From NCBI GenBank assembly GCA_040954595.2, contig CM082596.2, forward strand, positions 3,837,025 through 3,901,024: a stretch of 64,000 nucleotides of DNA, given 5' to 3'. Each line of letters begins with the position of its first letter. Position 1 is the first letter of the stretch. This document shows, in pieces, positions 38,091-51,037 of this stretch. The DNA comes from Balanoglossus misakiensis. Taxonomy: Eukaryota; Animalia; Hemichordata. Below the pieces are notes generated by a model. The model saw nothing but the letters and a program-made list of their open reading frames with translations. It had not been told where the DNA came from and made no database searches. The translations under genes were made by a program, and so were the position numbers.

Positions 38091-40602
38091 ATGTCGCGTT
38101 TCATCGCCCTCTGTATCTTTTTGGCGTCCATCGCCGCCGTCGTCGTCAGCGAGCCGGACGTGGAGTTCGTCTACCATTTCTACGACGATTTGGCATCGTC
38201 GCTGCAGGGACTACACCAGAAGTACTACGACATCAGCGAGTTGTACAGCATCGGACGGACACTGCAAGGTAAACGTAATCAAGGATGTCAATGTGACGAA
38301 TAAAACACATTTCTTGTAGAAGTTGTCTTAATTACAATATAGTACAGGTGTACATAGTGCCCACAGTCTGCGATTATTCTGTAAATATGTCTGCATTTTG
38401 TCAAATACTGGGTCAAAACCGTGTACGTATCCTTTCAGTGAGTGCCCCCGGGGCCACACTCCCTTCAAAGCATAAGACAGCGGCACATTTCAATTTACGT
38501 AGACGTGAAAGCAATCTATATGCAACAATAGCGTGCATGTATAATTACGTAAACACAATCTCAATATGCGTTTTAAAGTGACACCCGTCAGAGTCACGAT
38601 TGTGATGATTGTTATAATGTGCATTGACAAACTGTCAGCATAGAAACCGTATTAATATTACCTAAAATTTGTGTTTTCAGGACGCAAATTGTGGGTTTTA
38701 GCTATTTCTGGCAGGAATGCGTGGAAACATGAAGTATTGCGACCCGAAGTTAAATATGTTGGTAACATGCATGGGAATGAAGTAAGTCTGTGTCTATGTG
38801 ACAACCGGCATATTTGAAGGAGCAGAACTAATCTAACTAAAGAAATTAAAAATAAACTCTAAGCCAAAAGTGACCCCTTTAATAACGGGGATCTGTTAAT
38901 GTCTTCACTTGCATTATTGTTACATGCACTTCATTTCTGTTAAAGGTGATTGGACGAGAAGTCCTGCTTCATTTCGCCGAGCATTTACTGTCTCACTATG
39001 GCGTCGACGACGACGTCACCCGTTTCCTTGACGACACTCGGGTACACATCCTTCCCACAATGAATCCCGATGGCTTTGAAGTATCCTATGAAGGTAACTG
39101 TACAGGACTTGATGGCAGGTAGGTGATCTCTCTCTCTCTCTCTCTCTCTCATAAAATGTAATGTTTCTCTCTTTCGTGAATAAATTCACACCTATGTCAT
39201 TATAGGACTGAAAGCAAAGGTATGTCGTGTAACTTTTCTATATTACTTTCAGATACAACGGCAACGGTTTTGACTTGAACCGTAATTTCCCCGACAAGTT
39301 TGAGACAAACAGGAGTCCGATTCAAGTTGAAACGGACGCCATTATGACATGGCTGGAGAGTATACCGTTTGTGCTATCTGCGAATTTCCACGGCGGCGCC
39401 CTAGTTGCTAATTACCCATACGATAATCTCACACCAGGTAAGCAGTAAGTTGCATGAAATGACGTGATATAAGAAGAACAGTTCAAATATCGCCCACTTT
39501 TCTTGTGTTCGGAAAACAAAAAGACAATTTGATCAAAATGTGATATCATTTACAGAAGACAAAGCTGAGGATCCAACTAAATACAGTGAGTCACCAGACG
39601 ACGATGTCTTCAGAGAACTCGCCAAGGTCTACTCATATGGACATACAAAGATGTATAACATATCCCATAATAAGTGTACCCATGTATATGGCGAGGATGA
39701 CGATTTTGATGGTTTCGAGGACGGCACTACGAACGGAGCCGATTGGTATCCACTCAGAGGTTAGTTGTAATGTAATGGTGGTGGTGGTGATGGTAGTGAT
39801 GATGATGATGACGACGACGATGATGATGATGATGATGATTACGAAAAATCTTTGTGATTGCTTCAGGTGGAATGCAGGATTACAATTACGTGTATCACGG
39901 TTGCATGGAGATTACACTCGAGGTCAGCTGTTGCAAGTACCCCCCGCAGAGTGAACTTGAAGATTTCTGGAATCAGAATAAGGTGGCCATGTTGGAATAT
40001 CTGAAGCAGGTTCACACAGGTATGTGTTAGATGGTACGGATGTGTGTATCAGCACTTCATTTCAGTATAAAAGTAGGCCCTATACACGTTGGCCAATCGA
40101 CGAACAAAATAATGGGTTTCTGTATAACACACTGTCCTCTTAGGTGTCAAAGGTCTGGTTTTGGATGAGAATGAAAACCCAATTCCGAGAGCGAGAGTTA
40201 CAGTCATTGGTCGCAGTAATGCTTACAACACAACGCTGGATGGAGAGTACTTCAAGATTTTGCTGGCTGGTCAATATGACTTAGAGGTCAGTCTCAGTCG
40301 GATTTGGGGGGAAAGTGAAAAAGGGAATTTTGTATTGAACTCGGATAGCTTTGTGTGATCGAACATTCCGTTTGATGGTTTATTCACTCTCTGTTTGGCA
40401 GGCTTCAGCGGATGGCTACGCGTCTAAAAGGATTACAGTAACTGTACCAGGGGGAGTGTACAATACCGTTCAGTACAATTTCAAGTTACAACCGGAGGCC
40501 GACACAGATGCGTCATCCAGTCTCCAGAATCATCCAAACATATTTGTGATCTCCCTCGTTGCTTTCTCTTGTCTTCTGCATCGATTTAATCCAACAATTT
40601 AA
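38091..40602 (+). CDS. Carboxypeptidase M-like (M14B), copy 2, probably GPI-anchored
   Basis: Same exon structure as copy 1. Motifs [60 protein letters not shown] and GVKGLV...YFKILLAG, with a hydrophobic C-terminal tail. Confidence 0.92.
39127..39150. repeat. (TC)n microsatellite
   Basis: A tctctc... run lies just after a splice donor in CPM copy 2. Confidence 0.9.
39774..39840. repeat. Compound (GGT)/(GAT)/(GAC) trinucleotide microsatellite, intronic
   Basis: The repeat is directly visible in a CPM copy 2 intron. Confidence 0.9.
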
Positions 40603-40921
40603 CACGGACACGGGTTACATTTATTCGTTTAAAATAAGCCATTTTGTCACGCCCAGTGAAATGACAAATATTGACGCAATAAAGTTTTTATTGAAAAGAA
40701 GAAAAATATTGACTTTTTAAAAATCACCCATCTCTGCGGGAAAGACCACGGCTCACTGATGTGTTGTCCCGCAAATAGACACCGGGATACGCCCTAGCAC
40801 GTCATAGTACAACCACCTGGTTTAACGCACACACATACCGCGTACACAACAAACGTGAATAAAAGTGCCAAAAATAGCATGTGCTCCATTACAACACCAG
40901 ACTGATGCGCTGATCCAACGG

Positions 40922-43178
40922 ATGGCAATCCACATGGAGGTCTGGGTGAAATGTCTGATCATGGTCGTCACCCTGACGATAGTTCTAATCGTGGTTCTTG
41001 TACCTTTAGGATACGGGTACCTTAATTACTATGAGGTAAGCAAATATTTTGTAAAATAATATTAATACTGGGATCGACAGAGAGCATGATAGTTAGAATG
41101 CAAAATTATTCCAGCTAATGCATATTCGTTTTTAAAGTTACCCAACTGGTATTACCGATCATTTTCATATGTATCATCTGTTACCATGGAGATACGATAT
41201 TGTAGACAAGAATACGATGTGGTTCAAAACTAGTTCTTTTTTATATGTGCATGAATATATTTAGAGGATGTTGCGTGAATATTGGTTGGGCGTTGGCGCT
41301 GCAGATAAACACATACAGTATATGCCTGACTCATTAAACTGCACTGCCAAAGCTGGGACCTGCATGCTAATCAGGAAACATGCTAATTATGAAATGTGGC
41401 TAGAAATATGTAATCTTTACTTGGCGTTTTCTAAGTTGACGGGTTAGCCTGATTTCTTGACGTTCTGCTTAGGCAATGATCAAACAATGTCATAAAACTG
41501 GCCCGAAGCTCCTAGTTTTAGACTGCGTGTGTTGACCTTAGTTTGAAGGGATTTTAAAAACATCTGTTCCAAAAACCTTGGGGTTATATTTGTGAAGTTT
41601 GGCAAAATGGCGATCTATATTTGTCCTTATTGAAGTGTATACGCATGCTGCCCATTTCGGTTTCACTTATTTCATTAAAATGTTTGCCGTGCGCAGCGTG
41701 TAAATTTTATGTATGCTTTTATACAGATGTCTTTGCGTAGCGTTCTGTGAGCTGTTGCATTCTTAATTATGATTTCTAATAAATTATTTTTTCGTTTTTT
41801 TCAGTACGGGTTTACTGCACAAAGATCCACCGGCATCATACTGACTAATCGGGTGTACACGCAGGGGCGATATTTCATCGGTATAGACTACAGTTTCGTC
41901 AAATATCCCGCAGCTGCCCAAACTCTACTGATTAACAATCACACTGTCTACACGGAAGATGGAGAAAAAGTTTGTGAATTATTGCTGTCATGGTTACACA
42001 TCGCATTGTTGGTTTTGAAGATTTTAAAACGATTGTTGACTTCATTTACGATTTCTTTAACACGTTGTGGACAGATGGTGCGCAAAAACTTTTTGGAAAT
42101 CTGTCTTGTTCGAACACCTTTCTTTTTTCCAGGTGTATGTATACATTTCCTTCCAGTACTTCCTAAGGAAAGACGAGTTACATCTGCTTCGAAGGAAGTA
42201 TCCGACAGGCTACACAGATACGATGACGGCAAGGGCGAAAGACGCTATCGTCATGGCAGCGGCAAAACTAAGTTCCGAACAGTTGTGGTTGGACAGAAAC
42301 CTCTCAGAAAGCAAATTCACCACAGCAATACAGCTGGAACTTGGTGGCGAATGTTGCGAGAAAAACTGTGCACTCTCGCCGGAAGGTAGGTGATATTTGC
42401 TTAGAATCACTGCTCCCAATTTTCTCGTACATGTATACTATATTCAGATTTTCTCCGCATGGTATAACATGGTTTAACTATAGGCATAAGCGTATATTGG
42501 GAGATTACTGTGCGTGTCTTTTTTCTTTCAGGCTGTCGACCAGACTGCAGACGACATGATTTCTGCAACGAGGCGAATAAAGGAATGTTTGTATACGTCA
42601 AATACGTACAACTTTTGCGCCTGGAATTAAACTCCGCCCTGACAACCGAGAATTTGGCAAGGTCGAAAAGTGAAGTAGCCGTGAGGGCCGCCCTCTACGA
42701 GCAAGAGATGGCCGTTGTAAAGAAAGAGACCGAATTTGAGGTACATGTACACTCTAATCTCCGGATCTTATGCTTCTCGGTCATTCTTATATATATATAT
42801 GGAATTAAATACAGCAACTCACGTTTTTCTTCCCAGACACAAAAGATCTTGAACCAGGCAGAAGAAATCACGGCCAATGGGTCATCTCATGCAGCCTTGA
42901 TCCGAGAGGAAGCCAATTTGCTGGCCAGATCAATCCTGGATTCCGCCCATCGATATGGACTCAACCGAGTGTTTGCCATGCTGGGCATCAGATCAGCCGA
43001 ACACAAAACCTCCTTTATGTATCTGAGGACCCTGAGGTTCAAGGAGAACGTGTATTTGAGCGTGGATTTCACTCAGTTGACTATGTCACCGAATATTGCC
43101 CTAGCAGTAGCTCCTAGTGACGTCAGCAGTAATGTTGCAGACGTCGGCAACAAAGTTGCAGAAACCGCGGCTGAATAA
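40922..43178 (+). CDS. SPFH/band-7 domain membrane protein with a Cys-rich insertion, 5 exons
   Basis: An N-terminal TM helix is followed by YLNYYEYGF...STG...RVYTQGRYFIGIDYSFVKYP, TEDGEKVYVYISFQYFLRKDEL, the LGGECCEKNC...GCRPDC...C...KGMFVYVKYVQL insert, and an AEE/Ala-rich coiled-coil C-terminus. This fits the uncharacterised invertebrate band-7 family. Confidence 0.75.
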
Positions 43179-44205
43179 TGTGAGAAGCGCTGTCAAAGTT
43201 TTAAACTTAGATTAAGATTAATTTTTCACTATTAAACCTCGTTTGTATTTTTCCACTTGTCGTTTATAGATGCGCGGCAACTATTCTTAAACCGTAACAA
43301 GCGGGCGGAGAAACTCGTTCATCGACACTATAGTGAAAGTTCACTTTCATTTTCCCCCAGAAAGACCGTTTCCAAGGTACAGGTGAAGACAAGTAGTTAA
43401 AAATTGACTCAATGCAACAGATAATTTTTATCAGATTGTGCGGAAAAGTTATTTCGGGTATACTGTTTAGTAAAAGTAACCTACACTTAGTTTCCTTTAC
43501 AAGCTGTTTTGAAAGGACGCCCACTTTCTGACCTATGCATTCGCTCGTCATGTCGGCTATTCTTTCAGCTTCTGTATGACGTATTTTATTCGTATATCAT
43601 TTATATAAAAATAAAATTAACAATCGGATATGTTGGTAGCTAAAATAAATGTTCAACAATACTGTTATTTATTGTATTAGATTTTCAGATATTTTAAAAT
43701 CCTAACTTGGGTTACATGTAGTTGGTTTAGTGTTACCAGTTTGCTAAATAAAGTACAAATTTATCTGTAATCACCATCAGTTTGTCTTCTTTTAATTGAT
43801 GTGAAATGACAAATGGATTATGAGTGTGGCGGGCAAATTAAACATTGTTTATATTTCCAAATTCGACTACAACTGCACATTTCCCGACGGGCCAACGTAC
43901 AACCTGAGAGTCTGACAGCGCCACCAACGACACAATGGCGAAACCCAATCAATATTTCCCGCTATTTTTATTTTCAAAATGGCGGAGGACGTAGGATATT
44001 GAAATGTAGACCTCGTTGGATTTGTTCCGAATGCTATTGTTTATGTCGCACTTTCACGGCGCCGAGGGTCGACAGATAGTATAATAGCTTCTTCTGATTA
44101 TAGAGATTCTCTATAAGTGCAATAGAGACTGGGTATGCTCATCAGATATATATTTTTCCGCTTCTGTTTTGATACGTGACGACTCCGGAAGTTGACACGG
44201 GAATT

Positions 44206-47200
44206 ATGATTTCCATCGCCGGGAAGGTGCGGTACTCCGGCATTGACTGTGGCCAGGTAAAATGGAAAGAAGGGGGACTGTCAGTCGAGGAAGACAAGGG
44301 GATAGCGTACTGCATCATGAGTCCGAAAGTTGGTCATCCGAAAAGGTTTAAGGTATGTATAAGCAGTGTTACCCGTACCCGGAGCATCACTTTGTTCTGC
44401 AAATTGACCTACTGTCTGTGCAGTGGAAATTTGTCTCCCCGGGAGACATTCTAACAATTCGTGCACCCGATCTTTCGTTAGAAATACTACGCTTTGTCAC
44501 TCTCTTACCAGTCAGGGCAGTGCTTTTGTTTACTGAACAACTCGTCTCAACTGTAGTGTGACCTTTGCTGTCAAGGTCGCCTGAGGGCAAGCAAACATTT
44601 TTGACAAGTGAATGTATACACCTGTTTTCAGTTAAGTAACAACATCAAGAGTCTGTCAGAAGCCAAAGAAAACAGGAGGAAGATAATCATAGCATTGCTA
44701 GACGGGACGCACATCCACTTGGATCAAGCAAAACAACCAGATAATGTAGTCAAACTCTCCCAGTACCTCCATGAATTGAAAGCTGGTGCCAAGAATAGAG
44801 GTGAGTGAGAGCAGTTATATTCTTATCATCTAGATACAAGATTAATGTTTGATCTGATGTGTTATAGAGTGTTTACACATGGTCAAAAGCCTGAAGTGTT
44901 AGCTAATATTGTTAAATTGTTTTTATCTCAGGAACAAGAAGTGTCAAAATGAAAGCCCTATCTCCAAATCAGACATCTCCAGAATATAAGGTATGAGCGT
45001 GATTGATTTTTATGCCAATTTGCCAATCCAGGGCCAGAATTTTTTTTTTGGAGACTCAGAGAAAACTGCTGTGTGTACAGAAATGCACTTGAACTTATCC
45101 TGTTGTTCATGTCTTCAGGATACAGAACATTCAAAGCATACACCAAGAAATGCAACTCCCAAGAAGAGTGACCTGAACTCCGCATATGCCTTGTCCAATT
45201 CCACGCCTTGGAGAGAGAGAACATCGCCAGCGTCGGCCAATAGCGTAGTGAGGGCAATCAACCGGAATGCTGATCAGGAAAACCGGGACAAAGAGAATGA
45301 AGGAATTGTGAGGTTAGTGATGGATTGTTTAGCTAAAACAGATGGGAAAATACATACTGTCCTTGGGAAAATTCTGACATGATGATGACAATAACGATGA
45401 TCATAGTGAGACAGATTGACAGAGAGTCATGTCTTGGTTTTTCCACAGGACTAATACTACCCCAAGGTCAGATCGAAAAGGGTTATCTGAACGGAAGACA
45501 GGCCCTACACCTTCACAGTTTCTCAGCTCATTTGATGACAAGCAGAAAGCTTTGGAAGAGAGAAAATCAAGCAGTAAGTCACTGGTTGAATCGAACATTC
45601 ATATATCTCAAAACTAGGCAATTAAATCATGACCTGTGATCTTTCATCATGGAGTACAATTGGACATTTGACCAAATCCCACGGTGTGTCAGGATGTATG
45701 AAATGGCGCCCTCTATCAATGCATACAGAGCTTGCACACAGATATTGAGTCCATCTTTTTTTATTCACAGCGCCAACATCATCACTGAATGTTGGTTTCT
45801 ATAGTCGTGGACAGCAGATGGTGAATCATGGACTGAATAATACATTCCTCAGCTCTTCTAGGTAATTATGAACCATTAGATAATATTACAACGATGTCAT
45901 CTGTCATTACCCCCAGCATGAAAATAGGCCTTATTCAATACTGTTTAACCCACATTGACAGAAATGTTTAAATAATATATATGTAGGTGCTAGCACATAA
46001 ATTTGTTTATATTTTATCTGTAGTGAACAATTTATGATTTTAATTTTGTGTATAGTAAAGTTAAAATATTTGGTATTTGTTTTACTTCCAGGTCTAATTT
46101 TACTCCAGTTAAACGACAGCCAGGTTTTCTAAGTGATCCAACTCATCTCATCAAAAAACCTCGACTGGGAGAAAACTACGAAGGCTGGAGACACAAAAAT
46201 AAAGTCACTCTGAGTAATACATCACAAGTTAGCTTACAAGGGTAGGTCAGAGGTCACATGTTCCCACAAAAAGTGATGATTTGCCACAGAAGATTTCGGA
46301 ACTGCTTATTTTCTAATGTTGGCAATACTTGCTAATTTAAAACAATTCTCTGTTCCATGACTGATCTTTCCTTTGTGGTTGTTTGCAGGTTTTCCAACCT
46401 TGGCAATACTTGCTACATGAATGCAATACTGCAGTCTCTGTTTGGTCTGGAAACTTTCGCTTCTGACATACTGAACTTTGAACTCATCAAGAAGGTCCCC
46501 AAACAATGCCTGTACAAGTAAGTAAGGTGTATGAACCTTTCTTAATTGAACAGTCCTAATAGTTGTAACTTTTGACTCTATTCACAGTAAATGTATATAT
46601 GCTACTGTATCGAACCACCAGGCATTGAATGCATCATTTATCTAACTACATTCGTTGTCCTGTTTCAGATGCCTAACTCATCTGCTTCACGTCAAGCGAC
46701 TGAGCAGACCAATCATGCCAGAGCAGAAACGAGACCTTTTGAAAAAAGTGAAAAATGCTATTTCATCCAGTGCTGAGAGATTTTCTGGCTTCCTTCAGCA
46801 TGTGAGTAACACTCTTAGCAAAAGTAAAATTTTAGCAGGACACTCCTACTGACTGATAAGTACTTCTACTGACTGAGTGTAGCCATTTTCCATAGTTTGA
46901 TGTTTTACCTGCCACATTTTACCAGCCAGTGTTCTGGAGAGATTATGACGTGTGACGTAATAAGTTTTAAAATTTTTATTTTCTACAGGATGCTCATGAG
47001 TTTCTGAACCAATGTCTGGATCAACTCAAAGAGGACGTGGAGAGGGTCAACAAGGAGTCGAGGGCCAACTCGCCCAAACGGGACAACTCTGAGAAAACTC
47101 CGGAAACTGATAATGCCACTCAGGATCCTTTTGCCTGTCCTGTCACTCTGAACTTTGAATTCGAAGTGCTGCATGTGATCACATGCAATAATTGCAATGA

Positions 47201-50200
47201 AACCGTCTCGAAAGCGGAGAGATTTTACGATTTGTCGTTGGATATGCCGAGAAGAAAGTGAGTAGGAATGTTGTTGTTTTTTTTCGACCGTGTCATTACA
47301 GTTGTACACAATTTTAATTCAGTCACTCCCTAACGTTTGGTCCAGTCCCATTATTTTTAGTGGTGTGGGAGAACCCATGTGCAGATTATACGGGGATGAA
47401 AGGACAGCGTTCAACATTCAAACTGACTGATTGTTTGACTATCTGAAAGTTGGGGATTTTAATACCACACCTTATCAGAGCTTTATGAAAACACTTTGGG
47501 GAGATCTTTAGGGAGACACTACTTTGTATAGTTTTGTATCTCTGTGTAGAGCTCATACAGATTCTATCAATAATCAACAGGGACTCATCGATCGCCAAAT
47601 CCGTCCAAGATGCCTTGGATCAGTTCTTCAGGGACGAGAAGATAGAATACGAGTGTAATGAATGCCACACTAAACAGTCCACAGTCTCACACAAGTTTAC
47701 TAAGTTACCAAGGTAACGAACACAACGTGATATCTTTCACCGTTTTTTTCATCAAATTTGATGTTAATAGTCTAAAGCAAGCATTCTTGATAATCCTGAA
47801 AGTCGCTGCTTTTACACCATCGGAAAAGTAATTCTATAACAGAAAAATCTTGATATTCACGTACCGCCATGTTCATGACTTGTCTTGTCTAATTTTCCTC
47901 CCCAGAATACTGGTGGTACATTTGAAGAGATACAGTTACAACATATCAGCATTAAAGAACAATAAACTTGGAGAGAGTATCAACATAGCAAAGTTCCTAA
48001 CCCTTGGCCTGCATTGTACCAATGAAACTCGACCACCTCGTGCTAATGACAAGAAGCCAAATATCCTAAGGTGTGTCATCTGGATTTTGTTGTTGTTGTT
48101 GTTTTGTTTGTCTTTGATATCTTTGCTCTGATTGCCAGATAGTGATTACAAGTAAGATTATTACATGCCCACCGAATATTTTCATACTCATTCAAATTTC
48201 CTTTTTCTTAGTCCAACCAAACAAGACAAATGTTGGAGTTCACAGGATGAACATGAGAGCAAATCATTGACTGCCAGAAAGAGACTCTATGGTATTGGAC
48301 TTTCCTCTGGGTAAGTTTGTTGCAAAAGTTGCTTATGAATATTAGACGTTGATCAGTTCTTTTGAAGTCACAACATGTTGTGTAAATTTTAACGTGTTAG
48401 AAAATAGTTTGATGGGGTATCCGCTTTGTACAGGGTCCAGCAGGGAAAGTGTACTGTTTTTGTCATTGTATAGAAATTTACGAAGCCACTAATACAATCA
48501 AAATAAATCATTAAACAAACATTTTGGTAATTCTGATGAAAATGTTTTTTTTCAGGTCCGACTCCCTGAACAAGTCAAGAAGCAGGTTTAAAATAGTAAG
48601 GAAGCAAAACGAATCTGATTGGGAAGACGAGGAAATCAGCCGATACAGCAAGGACAGCAATAGTCTTCTGTCTGGGAGGAATCCTTCAACTCAGAATGAG
48701 AATGAGATTGAGAATGACTTCAAGCCTTTGACCGAGCTGAGTGAAGATGAACAACTTGCCCAAGTGTTGGAGATGAGCAAAGAGGATAATAAGATGCGGC
48801 ATCAAGATGTGGACGGAGAGACTGACCACAACACGTCGCTTACTTTCGACGAGTTGACCACTATGACGGAAGAGGAGCAACTTGCCAAAGCCATGGAATT
48901 GAGCAAACAGGAAAACGGTCCGATTATTTTGGACAGTAGTAGCCAGGACGAAGGCTCTTCCGCAGAAGGGCAGCCGGATAGCAGTGAGGTAGGACTGCGC
49001 GGTGGGGGGATTTTGAAAGGAAGCGATTTCGTTGACAGAAGTGCGGACGATGAATATAATTTGGATAATTTGGATAATACGCCAATGCGCAGAGTGGGAG
49101 CTGGTAGAACTTTGACACTTGTGAGGAACCGAAATATAGACAATTTATGCAATATACGCGAGCGCAAATACACAAGCAGTCCGAGCCAGTCCAGTGCCTT
49201 TGTTGATTTGACTGACGCAAGCTCGGGGACTGAGGCTGCCACAAATCCAGGAGGGTCAAGGGACACGGTCTTTGACCTTGACAGTACTTCCAGGTCCGAG
49301 GAAAGCCCAGAGAGAGAAGTTTTTCCTCTCTTTGACAAGGTTAAGAGGAGCGGTGGTAAATGTAAACAATATTCTGCCAAAAAAGGCGCGAGGGATTACT
49401 GCAATCCTTTCAGGAAGAGAAATAATTCCAGTGACCACGGCAACAAAGGAGAAGGGACATCACCTGGAAAAGCTGAGGGTATGTAGCCTTTCTCGGAATT
49501 TAGACTCTCTGAAAATTCAGGAAAAGTCATGGAATTTGAAACGTCCTTCATGGTGATATTGATTAGAAAACTCCATTGTCGGCAACCATATCCACAATCA
49601 CATTCTGTTCTGTACAGATATGCTACTGTAATACGTATGAAGTAATCTTTGTATTTTTCGCCTCAAAACTTTGAAAGTTTGTATACCACATAAATGTACA
49701 TGTACCACTCAGGATGTCAGGTCATGTAGGGGCCATGACTGTCCTGTTTTACACACACCTGGTTTCATGTTAAATCCTGTACTACAAATCTAGGCACACC
49801 AAAGCCCAGCAATGCAGAGGTGGCTACAGCTGAGGCAGCCTGCATGGACCTAGAGGATTTCTACAATGATTATGATAAAGACAAAGAAGATAAGGATTTG
49901 GCTGCAGCAATATCTGCAAGTATGAAAGACCAGTCTGTGCTGGACCAGGAAGATGAGGATATCAAAAGAGCCAAGGAGCTCAGCCTTCAAGGTGAGTTGT
50001 ACTTTAACGCATGTAGTGATGTCATAGAACTAGAGGGCGCCCTCTAAGCCAATATAGCACACGCACTCCCTGAGCTGTATTATGGAATACCATTGGTTTA
50101 GTCTGTCATACAAGCCAGTTTTGACACAGAAACATGCATTGTGTGCATGGTACATGTAACATACTTCCTTGAAAACATAACAGCATATTGTATCTCTATC

Positions 50201-50861
50201 TTCTTGCAGATTATGAAAAAAGTTTCTTTGATGGCGTTGACCAAGCCATTTACTCTCTGTCTGATGAAGAAAACGAACCAGATTATGCGAATGAACTGGA
50301 AACATTGAACATGAATGAAGAGGTTGGTAATATCCAGAGCAATTTCTGATAATATTGTTTCTGTCCTCTTAGCATTTTTTTTAGCTATGGCAGTCCATAA
50401 TTACAATTATATCATATTTATTCATACACTGCAGGAGGGAAATCATCCATTCTCCTATCAGCTTGTGAGTGTCGTCAGTCACATTGGGAGTTCATCGTCC
50501 ATGGGTCACTACATTAGTGATGTGTACGACTTTAAGAAGAAAAGCTGGCTCAGCTATGACGATACTGAGGTCGACAAAACCGACGAAATCACCGTCCGCA
50601 CCAGGAGAAGAAGATCAGGATATATATTTTTTTATCTCAGCAAGTGAGTTTGATTAACTCTGCGAATTATGAGGTATAACAAGAAAGTGGTGAATTTTTC
50701 TAACCCAGAGCTGACCCAGTTGGAAACTTAGTTGCCATCTTTACTGTAGGACCAAATACTATGCAGGCATTAATCTTGTGTACTTTTCTTTCAGGGACAT
50801 CTTTGAAGATCTATCACATGAACAGGACTACATGCATAGTAGACATTCTCTACCACGATAA
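44206..50861 (+). CDS. USP37: Ubiquitin carboxyl-terminal hydrolase 37
   Basis: N-terminal PH-like domain (GKVR...KWKEG...FKLSNNIK); Cys box GFSNLGNTCYMNAILQSLF; FSGFLQHDAHEFLNQCLDQLKED; CPVTLNFEFEVLHVITC; KLPRILVVHLKRYSY; UIM insertions; His box YQLVSVVSHIGSSSSMGHYISDVYD...WLSYDD; GYIFFY. Confidence 0.93.
47320..47405. mobile_element. Degenerate copy of the TTAA-MITE family, in a USP37 intron
   Basis: tttggtccagtcccattattt...ggggatgaaagg resembles the internal sequence and right end of the 29649-29740 element. Confidence 0.4.
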
Positions 50862-50933
50862 GGATACATCACTTCCTGCATTAGATCCACAGCTGATACT
50901 AAACAAAGCTGTTATTCTGAAATACATGTTGGC

Positions 50934-51037
50934 TTAAGCCCCTTCACCCCTTTATCATGTGATATATTGAGGTCCACCTTTTCCATATTGGTAGAAAACC
51001 ATGGATTTGGACTGAACCATTGGGGTGAGAGGGTAAA
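50934..51037. mobile_element. TTAA-MITE copy in the USP37 3' UTR (opposite orientation to 29649-29740)
   Basis: Ends are TTAAGCCCCTTCACCCC ... GGGGTGAGAGGGTAAA. The internal tttggactgaacca is the reverse complement of tggttcagtccaaa in the first copy. Confidence 0.65.

Noticed and set aside
46272-46366. Possible C/D-box snoRNA (GTGATGA...CTGA) in a USP37 intron
   Set aside because: There is no terminal stem or recognisable rRNA guide, and the CTGA lies ~25 nt from the acceptor and is more likely the branch point.
48802-49380. 192-aa - strand ORF
   Set aside because: Antisense shadow of the long USP37 exon.
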